Positions 31,966 through 40,358 of a stretch of DNA of 64,000 nucleotides are shown here, one piece after another (positions within the stretch are counted from its first letter, which is position 1; the number at the start of each line of letters is the position of its first letter). The stretch is from an uncultured Gammaproteobacteria bacterium (GTDB lineage Bacteria > Patescibacteriota > Patescibacteriia > SBBC01 > CAIJZX01). Both the position numbers and the translations under genes were made by a program. The stretch spans positions 54,597-118,596 of the forward strand of contig CAZFGG010000001.1 of the NCBI GenBank assembly GCA_964518425.1, read 5' to 3'. A model generated the notes under the pieces. That model was not told where the DNA came from and searched no databases. It saw only the letters and a program-made list of their open reading frames with translations.

Positions 31966-32526
31966 ATGTCCCGCCGCCTCATTATCATCATCAGCGCCTC
32001 TGTCATTTTGATCGTCCCAGCGATCGTCATTATCTTATTGGTCAATAGAAATCCGAAACTGCAAAACACCATTCTGAAAGTGGCAAACATCAATCAGGCC
32101 GTGACGAACACTACGACCACAAACACCAATACCCCGGCCAACGCCTTAGCCAAAGACCGCGAGGCGGCCGTCTTCGTGGCCCGCTCGTTTGCTGAGCGAT
32201 TTGGCAGCGGCTCAAATCAGAACAACTTTTCCAATCTCATTCTGGCCGAGACCTACGGAACAAAGAGTTTTAATGACAGTCTGAATCGGAGCATTGCCCA
32301 ACAAAAACTCACCCTCAAGACCACGCCGTTTCAATCGACCATCACCAAAGCCATGAGTATTTCTGTCGGCAGCTTCACGACCACCAGCGGGCACCTGACC
32401 GTCACGGCTCAGCGCCAAGAGACCATTGATCGAGCGGTGCGCGTCTACTATCAAGATCTGATTCTCGAGATGTTGAAAGTTGGAGCTGACTGGAAAGTCA
32501 ACGCCGCCAGCTGGAAGGTTTCCTGA
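31966..32526 (+). CDS. Single-TM protein, possible VirB8/TcpC-like NTF2 fold
   Basis: N-terminal TM, T/N-rich linker, FAERFGS.SNQ and C-terminal LKVGADWKV hairpin. Confidence 0.6.
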   Translation: MSRRLIIIISASVILIVPAIVIILLVNRNPKLQNTILKVANINQAVTNTTTTNTNTPANALAKDREAAVFVARSFAERFGSGSNQNNFSNLILAETYGTKSFNDSLNRSIAQQKLTLKTTPFQSTITKAMSISVGSFTTTSGHLTVTAQRQETIDRAVRVYYQDLILEMLKVGADWKVNAASWKVS

Positions 32527-32529
32527 TTC

Positions 32530-33198
32530 ATGGCCGATCTTGACCAAGCCACTCTCGATAGCCCCGAACTCCAGCAGCAGGCTGCTCGGGAACTCCGTCG
32601 ACAACAGTTCGCCGAACTGAAAACTGGCCGTTTACCAACGGCAAAAGCGACGACTGAGGAAAATACTTTTGGCCGACCGGAGTACGTCAAACAAGCTGAC
32701 CGACAAGCGCGATTACAGGGCCTACGTTCAGCACGAAAAACAATAGAACGAGTAGGATCAACCACGCCGGGAGAAGAGCTTCAAGCCCAACTATCATCGG
32801 TTGCCCTTCAAGCCTATACCCGTCTATGGCAGCAAGGCCATGAACTGGTCGAAGGCCTGGCCTTCCAATTCTTCATGGTCGGCGCGTTTCTCGTGGCGCC
32901 AATCGCCGACCTCATGTTTGGTGCCCGGTTGCTCATCGGTAAAGCTATGAACGGCGGTTTTCAGATTGAGTTCCAAGGAATTTCCGTACCGGCCGTCCCG
33001 GATATCAGTGCTGTTGAATCAGCCTACCGTGGCGGAAAGTTAATATTTATCTCTTTGATCGGTCTTCTGGAATGGGCGATTATCGTCGTGACCATCCAAA
33101 TCGTGACCCATCCGACGGACGCCATAAAACTTGGCTTTCAGGCCATTGTTCAAGCTCTCGGTTTAGCCGGTTCAACGACTCCATCTTCCGGCCAATGA
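32530..33198 (+). CDS. Hypothetical membrane protein
   Basis: 222 aa with a charged N terminus and 2-3 hydrophobic segments; sits in the operon. Confidence 0.7.
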   Translation: MADLDQATLDSPELQQQAARELRRQQFAELKTGRLPTAKATTEENTFGRPEYVKQADRQARLQGLRSARKTIERVGSTTPGEELQAQLSSVALQAYTRLWQQGHELVEGLAFQFFMVGAFLVAPIADLMFGARLLIGKAMNGGFQIEFQGISVPAVPDISAVESAYRGGKLIFISLIGLLEWAIIVVTIQIVTHPTDAIKLGFQAIVQALGLAGSTTPSSGQ

Positions 33199-34160
33199 TC
33201 CTTCGTCGCGCCATCATTCTGATCCTTCTTGGCTTGGCTTTCTTCACGCACCCAGTTCGAGCCGCCAACGTTATCACTGACCCGCTTCAAGCCGCCCAAA
33301 AACCAATTACCATTACTCCCGAGGTCCCTATTCCCGGGGTCTACACCGGTCAGCAAACAATTGATAATAATGGTATTGCTCGCTACATCCGAGCGATCTA
33401 CGTCTATTTTATTTGGACGGTTGGTATCCTCGCCGTGGTGATGATTATGTTCGGTGGCATCAGCTGGATCGCCGCCGCCGGTAATGCTGGTCGGATCAAT
33501 GATGCTCGTGAGACGATTAATAACGCCATCATTGGGTTGATTATTGCCCTGACCTCGTACGCCTTACTCTACGTCATCAATCCGGAGTTGTTAAATCTGT
33601 CTTTGCCCCCGGTCGGTTCGCTGACGAATGAATCCATTGCTGGTCTGCCGATTGTCGACTTTTGTGATCCGGCGAATCACCTTGATTGCGGGTCTGTTGG
33701 TAAGCTGGGAAGCGCATTTGATAAGAATGGCAAGGCCGTTGATGTTTTTTGCGCCGGGACCATCTGCCCGAGTGACAGCCTCTGTCAACTCAACCAGGCA
33801 GCGGTTCCCGTTGCCGATCAGTTGACGACGAGTAAGACCGGATTTTCGACGACGTATACAAGTTACTATCCCGCCGTCGGATGCCAAAAAACCGTCCAGG
33901 TGGATAATCCAGCCGGAATATACACGACCTCCGGTCCGCTGAAGGTGGCCTTCGATACAACCTTTAACCTAACGACATTCGGGGGCAGCTTAAACTGTGG
34001 CCGGGCCTATGGTAATATCGATATTCTGGGGAATAATTGTGACACCTCCGACGCCGCGCTCAATACGAAGAGCATTTGTATCATGATTGGCGCGAAGGCT
34101 AAGCTGCAAACAACAACCGGCAACAATGATAAGGTATCGAATACCCAGTGCACCCCCTAA
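33195..34160 (+). CDS. T4SS pilin-like (VirB2/TrbC-type) protein with Cys-rich C-terminal domain
   Basis: Signal peptide; GILAVVMIMFGGISWIAAAGN...A...INNAIIGLIIALTSY..L..INP; ATG 33195 overlaps the upstream stop. Confidence 0.8.
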   Translation: MILRRAIILILLGLAFFTHPVRAANVITDPLQAAQKPITITPEVPIPGVYTGQQTIDNNGIARYIRAIYVYFIWTVGILAVVMIMFGGISWIAAAGNAGRINDARETINNAIIGLIIALTSYALLYVINPELLNLSLPPVGSLTNESIAGLPIVDFCDPANHLDCGSVGKLGSAFDKNGKAVDVFCAGTICPSDSLCQLNQAAVPVADQLTTSKTGFSTTYTSYYPAVGCQKTVQVDNPAGIYTTSGPLKVAFDTTFNLTTFGGSLNCGRAYGNIDILGNNCDTSDAALNTKSICIMIGAKAKLQTTTGNNDKVSNTQCTP

Positions 34161-34176
34161 ATAACCGCTTTCCCTC

Positions 34177-35424
34177 ATGAACCCTAACCTCCGCCGCTTA
34201 CTGCTCATCGCCGGCTTCGCCCTAGTCACGGTTGGCTGGTTCTTCGCGATTTACTTCATTTTCTTCCGGCCGTCCGCCCCGATTGCTCGAAACAACGCCA
34301 ACGGGTTTGTGAATGGTCTTCCCGTGCCGACGAACGGGAACGTCAACCGGGTCGTTCTGCCCGGGAATGTTAATGCTCTACCGAACATCAACGGTACTAT
34401 TGCTGGCCCGAGTCTCGTCGCGAATGGGGGAGCCACCATCACAGAAACGATTACCAGTCAATCAACCAGCGCCCTAACCTCGACGGCCGATCACTTAGCT
34501 TTGCAGTACTATGATCGGCAAACCGGTCAGCTCTATACTCTCTCCTCCGATGGAACACAACGGACTTTGCTGACCTCGGATACCTATCCCGGCGCCCAAT
34601 CGATCAGCTGGTCACCCGACGGTCACCAAGCCATTCTGACCTTCCCCGATGGATCGAAAATTCTCTATGACTTTACCCTGAAAAAGCAAATTACCCTTCC
34701 GAAGGAACTGAATGATTTTTCCTTCTCTCCGCAATCTGATCAAATCGTTTCAAAATATCTTGATCCAACAAACCAGGATAACCAATGGTTGGTCATCAGC
34801 CAACCCGACGGATCACAGTCAGTCAGCGTTGAGCAGCTAGGCGCTAATGCCGGCGCGGTGACGCCCGACTGGTCGCCGAATAATCAAATCGTCGCGACCT
34901 ACGAAAAATCAACGAACGCCGACCAGTCAGATATTTTCTTCCTGGGCAACCAAGGCCAAAACTTCCCCTCCGTTTCGGTTCAAGGACGCGGTTTTACCCC
35001 GAATTGGTCGCCCGATGGTCGACGCCTGTTATTCAGTACCTACAGCACCTTAACTGATGATAATCCCCATCTTTTTATTATGACCGGCAGTCCGGATCAG
35101 CTCGGGGCCAGCCAAATTGATCTGGGCCTCGACACGCGAGCTGATAAATGCACTTTTTCACAGAACGGCTTCAATATTTACTGTGCCGTTCCTTACTACC
35201 TCAATCCGGGATCAGGGCCGCAGCCGGGCCTGTCAGCCAATATTCCGGATAATATTTATAAAATTGACTTGCTGACCGGGAACTCAACCCTCGTCGCTCG
35301 CCCGGTTGACCAGCAGAATAGCCAACGGTTCAGCGCGACGAACCTCCAACTCTCGGCGGCCGAAGATTCGCTCTTCTTTACTGACAACCAGACCGGCTCG
35401 ATTCAGCGAATCCGTTTGCGGTAG
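34177..35424 (+). CDS. Membrane-anchored TolB-like (PD40/WD40) beta-propeller protein
   Basis: N-terminal TM; WSPDG, FSPQS, WSPNN and WSPDGRRLLF repeats. Confidence 0.85.
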   Translation: MNPNLRRLLLIAGFALVTVGWFFAIYFIFFRPSAPIARNNANGFVNGLPVPTNGNVNRVVLPGNVNALPNINGTIAGPSLVANGGATITETITSQSTSALTSTADHLALQYYDRQTGQLYTLSSDGTQRTLLTSDTYPGAQSISWSPDGHQAILTFPDGSKILYDFTLKKQITLPKELNDFSFSPQSDQIVSKYLDPTNQDNQWLVISQPDGSQSVSVEQLGANAGAVTPDWSPNNQIVATYEKSTNADQSDIFFLGNQGQNFPSVSVQGRGFTPNWSPDGRRLLFSTYSTLTDDNPHLFIMTGSPDQLGASQIDLGLDTRADKCTFSQNGFNIYCAVPYYLNPGSGPQPGLSANIPDNIYKIDLLTGNSTLVARPVDQQNSQRFSATNLQLSAAEDSLFFTDNQTGSIQRIRLR

Positions 35425-35425
35425 T

Positions 35426-36601
35426 ATGATCGAGCGTCGTCATCGGTTTTCTCTCCTGGTCGGCTTGGTTCTGGCGGTCTTCGTTTTCCTGGTCTCACCG
35501 GTCAAGGCCGCCAATGTATTCACTGACCCGGGGAATGCGGCCAGCAAGCCGATCACGTTTACTCCGGAAATCGTCATTCCGACATTCAGCGGAAATGGGG
35601 AAATTACCGTCACCGGCCAAACGATTGCTAACTACATTCGAGCTATTTTCGTGTACTTTATCTGGATCGTTGGTATTCTGGCCGTCGTTATGGTGACGTA
35701 TGGCGGCATTCGCTGGGTTGGTGCGGCCGGTAATCCGGGTCGGATCAACGACGCCCGGTCAATCGTCAACAATTCTTTGATCGGCCTGATCATCGCCCTG
35801 ACCTCAGTCGTCCTGCTGAATACGATCAATCCAGACCTAACGAAGTTTCAAGGCATCACGATCGCCTCGGTGTCGCAAGAACAGCTCGATTTTTTGAAAG
35901 ACATTAAGACCAGCGCCGGTCCGTTCTCACAATGTTCAAATACCAAAGTTGCGGGTCAACCGAGTCAAGTCTGCAGTGGGCCAACCGTTGGGGCCGGCCC
36001 GAACGGTGACGTGACCGCCGGCTGTCTTGACCTCAATGCCTTGGTCAATAAGTCGGCCTTCGGTCAACTCGATCCCTTTGCCATTAAGGCCATCACCATG
36101 ATCGAAAGTCCGAAACAGAATGGGCAACCATTTTCTGGTCCGAACCCGAGTTCTGCCTCGTCGGCGTACGGCGTTGGACAGTTCTTAGAGCCGACCCTCA
36201 AGCAGGTTTTGGCTCATGTGAATAATGGTGGTTTACCGCCCGGCTGTCGCGACAACGAAATTTTGGCTCCCGATGGTTTTCACGTTAGTCAAGCCTGTAA
36301 AGCCTGGCTCGATAAACGGACCGGCGGAGCGCTCGGATCGGGAGTATCGGGCCTGGAAGCCCAGATCGGCATGATCGCCAGTTACTTTGGGCAACAGCTT
36401 AACGATCAAAAGTGCGTCAAAGGCGATTATGAACTTGCCGCGGCGGCCTACAACCAAGGCTTAGGCGGAGCTTCAGACGCCTTCTGTTCAACTAGCTACC
36501 TCCGTGATCCCAACAAGAAAGCTCAAGTCAAAGCCGACGCGCTCGATTATATTGCTAAATTCAAGCAATATTACGCCCAGGCCTGCAGCAGTGGTCAGTA
36601 G
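35426..36601 (+). CDS. T4SS pilin-like protein fused to lytic transglycosylase (SLT) domain
   Basis: Pilin hairpin paralogous to 33195, followed by SLT motifs AITMIES, AYGVGQF and AAAYNQG. Confidence 0.8.
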   Translation: MIERRHRFSLLVGLVLAVFVFLVSPVKAANVFTDPGNAASKPITFTPEIVIPTFSGNGEITVTGQTIANYIRAIFVYFIWIVGILAVVMVTYGGIRWVGAAGNPGRINDARSIVNNSLIGLIIALTSVVLLNTINPDLTKFQGITIASVSQEQLDFLKDIKTSAGPFSQCSNTKVAGQPSQVCSGPTVGAGPNGDVTAGCLDLNALVNKSAFGQLDPFAIKAITMIESPKQNGQPFSGPNPSSASSAYGVGQFLEPTLKQVLAHVNNGGLPPGCRDNEILAPDGFHVSQACKAWLDKRTGGALGSGVSGLEAQIGMIASYFGQQLNDQKCVKGDYELAAAAYNQGLGGASDAFCSTSYLRDPNKKAQVKADALDYIAKFKQYYAQACSSGQ

Positions 36602-38659
36602 TTACTCCGGGTGAAACTGTACGGACACATCTTCCGATGCATGAAGTTGGTGTTGCAACTCTAGCTGCTGTTTCGGGCTAAGTTCTCGACTAAAAGCCGT
36701 TACTTTTTTGAAGAGGTCAGTATCCGACAGGCTGGCGAGCTGCCACGATGGTAGACCGGATTGACGTTGTCCATAGAGGTCGCCACCGCCGCGTTCGTGT
36801 AAATCAATTTCGGCGATCGCTAAGCCGTCGGTTGTGTCGGCAACTCGCTGTAATCGCTGGCGGATAGCGCTCGACGACTGATCGGTCACGAGGAGGCATG
36901 AGCTCGGGAGACTGCTCCGCCCAACCCGCCCACGTAGCTGGTGAAGTTGGGCTAGGCCAAAACGCTCTGCTCCCTCGATGACGATCAGTGTGGCGTTGGG
37001 CACATCAACCCCGACTTCGATAACAGTCGTGCTGACAAGAACATCGAGATCGCCTTGACGAAAATGGTTAAGAATCGCCACTCGGTCTCGGCTGGGCATA
37101 GCCCCATGCAGAAGGCCTAAGCGGAGATGAGGAAACATCTCTCGTAACCGTTGATATTCGGTCGTCGCCGCCCGAACACCCAAGCTGTCCGATTCCTCAA
37201 TCAGGGGGGTAATGACATAAACGTGTTGTCCGGCGCTGGCCGTACGCTCAATTTGTTGGTCAACGGTGGCCCGGTCAGACGGACCCATGACCGACGTCGC
37301 AACCGTTACCCGCCCCTGAGGCTTGGTCTTGATTGTGCTGACAGACAATATGCCAGACAGCCACAAGGCGAAGCTGCGAGGGATGGGGGTCGCTGATAAA
37401 CTGAGAAAGTGCGGGCTATTGGCGTGGCCATCGAGTAGCGCTTGGCGCTGTTCAACTCCAAAGCGCTGTTGCTCATCAATGACAACCAAGCCAAGCTGGT
37501 GCCAGGGAACATCTGGTTGAAGCAGGGCGTGGGTTCCGATGGCAATTTGAATATCACCGGACGACAGGCGTTCAAGAAACTCTCGGCGAGAGATTGATCG
37601 ATTGTTTGCTTTTGCTTGCTGCCCAGTCAGCAAGGCAATCGTGAGCTCGCGTCCTGCCAGCAGCTGCGTTAATGTCTGCCAATGCTGTTCGGCTAAGACG
37701 ACTGTTGGCGCGACCAGGGCAACTTGGAGATGGCTCAGGACGACGTTGTAGCTGGCTAGCGCGGCCACGACGGTTTTTCCTGAACCGACGTCACCCTGGA
37801 CCAGCCGTGACATCGGTTTGGTTTGAGTGATATCTTGAAGAATTTGCCATGCGGTAACTCGCTGGTCGGCTGTCAGATCGAAGGGTAAATGCTGGACAAA
37901 AGACCGCACCTCAGTTTCTCGAAACGGGATCGCAGGTGCCGGCTTGAGCACTGCGGCGCTTTGAGTTCGAACTAAGTTGAGATGCCAAGCCAAGAGCTCA
38001 TCGAATTTCAACCGCTGAACCGCCTCATGTCCTTGCTCAGGAGTTTCAGGAAAATGAATGTGACGCAAAGCCTCAGGTAAGGACATCAAACCAAATTCTT
38101 TGATGGCCGTGGATGGTAAAGGATCAGGGATGAGGCTGACCAGGCCCACCGCATGTTTCATGACAATCCGGAATTGACGTTGTGAAAGTCCCTCGGTCGT
38201 GCGATAGACGGGAACAAGCTTTTCGTGCAAAGGCTCGGCTGACGACAACTTTTCAAACAAGGGGTTACTCAACTGCAACCGGCCATCGCTTCCGCTGGTG
38301 ACCGTGCCCGAGAGAAAAAGACGGTCGTTGACCTTCAGCGTCTTCGCTAAGAACGGCAAGTTGAACCAGGCCACCTTGAGCTTTGCCCCGGATTCATCAG
38401 TCACGGTCACGTCGGTGACGGTCATCCCTCGCCGCCGCCATGATCGCCGGGCCGATAACCGAGTAATCGTCGCTTCAATCGTCACGTCCTGACCGATATG
38501 GAGATCACGAATCAGGCTGCGTTTTCGCCAGTCTTCATGACGGAAGGGGAACGTCAACAGGGCATCGTGCAAGGTGACGATACCGAAAAGTTCAAATTTC
38601 TTAGCAATCGGCAACTGCATTCGAGGCAACTGGCGAATCGGTGTCTGGAGGCCAAGCAT
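36602..38659 (-). CDS. recG: ATP-dependent DNA helicase RecG
   Basis: QGDVGSGKT, IDEQQRFG, SATPIPR, TTVIEVGVDVPNA and QLHQLRGRVGR; N-terminal wedge domain. Confidence 0.97.
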   Translation of the reverse strand: MLGLQTPIRQLPRMQLPIAKKFELFGIVTLHDALLTFPFRHEDWRKRSLIRDLHIGQDVTIEATITRLSARRSWRRRGMTVTDVTVTDESGAKLKVAWFNLPFLAKTLKVNDRLFLSGTVTSGSDGRLQLSNPLFEKLSSAEPLHEKLVPVYRTTEGLSQRQFRIVMKHAVGLVSLIPDPLPSTAIKEFGLMSLPEALRHIHFPETPEQGHEAVQRLKFDELLAWHLNLVRTQSAAVLKPAPAIPFRETEVRSFVQHLPFDLTADQRVTAWQILQDITQTKPMSRLVQGDVGSGKTVVAALASYNVVLSHLQVALVAPTVVLAEQHWQTLTQLLAGRELTIALLTGQQAKANNRSISRREFLERLSSGDIQIAIGTHALLQPDVPWHQLGLVVIDEQQRFGVEQRQALLDGHANSPHFLSLSATPIPRSFALWLSGILSVSTIKTKPQGRVTVATSVMGPSDRATVDQQIERTASAGQHVYVITPLIEESDSLGVRAATTEYQRLREMFPHLRLGLLHGAMPSRDRVAILNHFRQGDLDVLVSTTVIEVGVDVPNATLIVIEGAERFGLAQLHQLRGRVGRSSLPSSCLLVTDQSSSAIRQRLQRVADTTDGLAIAEIDLHERGGGDLYGQRQSGLPSWQLASLSDTDLFKKVTAFSRELSPKQQLELQHQLHASEDVSVQFHPE

Positions 38660-38714
38660 AATTGTAGTGTAGCAAAAAATAGCCCCAGGAGTTATTCGAT
38701 CTTGGTTAGCCTTT

Positions 38715-39047
38715 TTACGGAGAAAGGGTCGTGCCGGTCACATTCTGACTGCTTTGCCAGAAGAAATGGATCGTGACCCATGACAGGCCGGCGATGATAA
38801 CACTGATGACCGCCCAGGTCATGGTCACTTTCGCTGCGCCAACGCGTTCCTCGTTCTCGTGTGATGTCATCCACAGAAACCCCGAAAAGATAATGAACGC
38901 TACGGCGACGAGAGGGACGAACCCAAGAACAAGGTCAATAATAGTCAGGACAGCCGATGTTGACGAACTTGTTGGATTGGCTGCCGGGCCAACTATGCTT
39001 GTTGATGCTGTCGCCACGAGGTGCGACACAAAAACATGATTGGTCAT
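38715..39047 (-). CDS. Stand-alone T4SS pilin-like small membrane protein
   Basis: VAVAFIIFSGFLWMTS..NEE.V..AK.T...AVI.VII..LSW hairpin. Confidence 0.7.
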   Translation of the reverse strand: MTNHVFVSHLVATASTSIVGPAANPTSSSTSAVLTIIDLVLGFVPLVAVAFIIFSGFLWMTSHENEERVGAAKVTMTWAVISVIIAGLSWVTIHFFWQSSQNVTGTTLSP

Positions 39048-39234
39048 ATATTGTTAGCAGACGATTCGGTGGGCAAATAGTGACAACCGCCTACATTTCT
39101 TGATTTTCAGCGGTGATGTGGTACGATAGGCCGGCTATATATGCGCCCCCTTCGGCCACTGCTGGGGCTCAGGATAAACTCTGCTCAGTCCAAATCTCGC
39201 ATCAGCTTGACAATTCGCATGCATCTCAGCCTGG

Positions 39235-39312
39235 GCGCCCGTAGCTCAGTCTGGATAGAGCATCAGCTTGCGGAGCTGAGGGTCGTAGGTTCAAATCCTG
39301 CCGGGCGCACCA
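39235..39312 (+). tRNA. tRNA-Arg(GCG)
   Basis: Acceptor stem GCGCCCG/CGGGCGC followed by A-CCA; anticodon arm tcagc-ttGCGga-gctga; T-loop ggttcaaatcc. Confidence 0.92.
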
Positions 39313-39338
39313 GGCTGAGATGCATCAATGTTCATTAG

Positions 39339-39491
39339 GGAGCTGAGGGGTCGCGGCAACAAGAAAACAGAACTGCTTCTGTTTTCGCGGACCGCGACGG
39401 GCGATTCGATGTTTCGAAGGAACCGAATCGCCCCGGACGTAGGTTCAAAACTTGTCCTGAGCCAAGCCGAAGGATCCTGCCGGGCGCACCA
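39339..39491 (+). repeat. Second copy of tRNA-Arg 3' half interrupted by hairpin insertions
   Basis: ggagctgaggg(39339-39349), cgtaggttcaaa(39438-39449) and tcctgccgggcgcacca(39475-39491) match the tRNA in order. Confidence 0.8.
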
Positions 39492-39509
39492 GTCAAAGAA
39501 AAGAATATC

Positions 39510-39680
39510 GTGAATCCCAAACCTCTCATCTGGGTCGGTATCATTATCGGTTCAACCTTGGGTGGGTTGATCCCGAGCTTGTGGCACGCTTCATTCCTGT
39601 CGATATCTGGTATTATTTTCTCGACGATCGGCGGGGTTGTCGGTATTTGGGCTGGCTGGAAAGCCAGCCAAAATTATTAA
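39510..39680 (+). CDS. Small two-TM Gly-rich membrane protein (56 aa; not in ORF track)
   Basis: GTG...TAA reads MNPKPLIWVGIIIGSTLGGLIPSLWHASFLSISGIIFSTIGGVVGIWAGWKASQNY. Confidence 0.7.
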   Translation: MNPKPLIWVGIIIGSTLGGLIPSLWHASFLSISGIIFSTIGGVVGIWAGWKASQNY

Positions 39681-39695
39681 TCAGCGAGTATACCT

Positions 39696-40358
39696 ATGGA
39701 CACAAAACGGCTCGTTAGTTTTCTCCACGGCCTCAAAGCCAATAACAATAAACCGTGGTTCGATGCCCACCGGGACGACTATGATGCGCTGCGAAAAGAC
39801 TTTGCCGACTTTGTTCAGCAGGTCATTTCATTGATCGCCAAATTTGATCCGGCGGTCAAGCATGTGACGGCCAAGGAAGCAATGTACCGGATCAATCGAG
39901 ATATCCGTTTCGCCAAGGACAAACGACCATACAAAACGAACTTTGGAGCCGGGATTGAGCCGGGCGGACGTAAGGGCGCGGCGGCCGGCTATCACCTACA
40001 CATTGATGCTGACGGCCGCGTCATGGTCGCTGGCGGGCTGTACATGCTCATGCCGCCGCAGCTCAACGCGATTCGTGATTCAATCGTGCGTCACCCTGGT
40101 CAGCTCCGGCGGATTATTAACGCCCCCGCCCTGAAGAAAGTCTATGGCGGCCTGAATACGGAAGACCATCTTCAACGACCACCCCGCGGAGTCCCGGACA
40201 ATCATCCCGACCTCGATCTCCTGAAATTGAAACGTTACGTCGCTTGGACCGAGTGGCCGGTTACGAAAATTCCGCCGGCCAAACTACCTCAAACTATCGC
40301 CGACGCGGCTAAGGCGCTCTACCCGCTGAACGCCTACTTGCGCCAAGCGGTCTCCTAG
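39696..40358 (+). CDS. DUF2461 family protein
   Basis: FLHGLKANNNKPWFDAHR, RINRDIRFAKDKRPYK and LQRPPRG. Confidence 0.9.
   Translation: MDTKRLVSFLHGLKANNNKPWFDAHRDDYDALRKDFADFVQQVISLIAKFDPAVKHVTAKEAMYRINRDIRFAKDKRPYKTNFGAGIEPGGRKGAAAGYHLHIDADGRVMVAGGLYMLMPPQLNAIRDSIVRHPGQLRRIINAPALKKVYGGLNTEDHLQRPPRGVPDNHPDLDLLKLKRYVAWTEWPVTKIPPAKLPQTIADAAKALYPLNAYLRQAVS

Noticed and set aside
20130-32526. Integrative conjugative element
   Set aside because: No relaxase, coupling protein, integrase or flanking att repeats seen; flanked by core genes.
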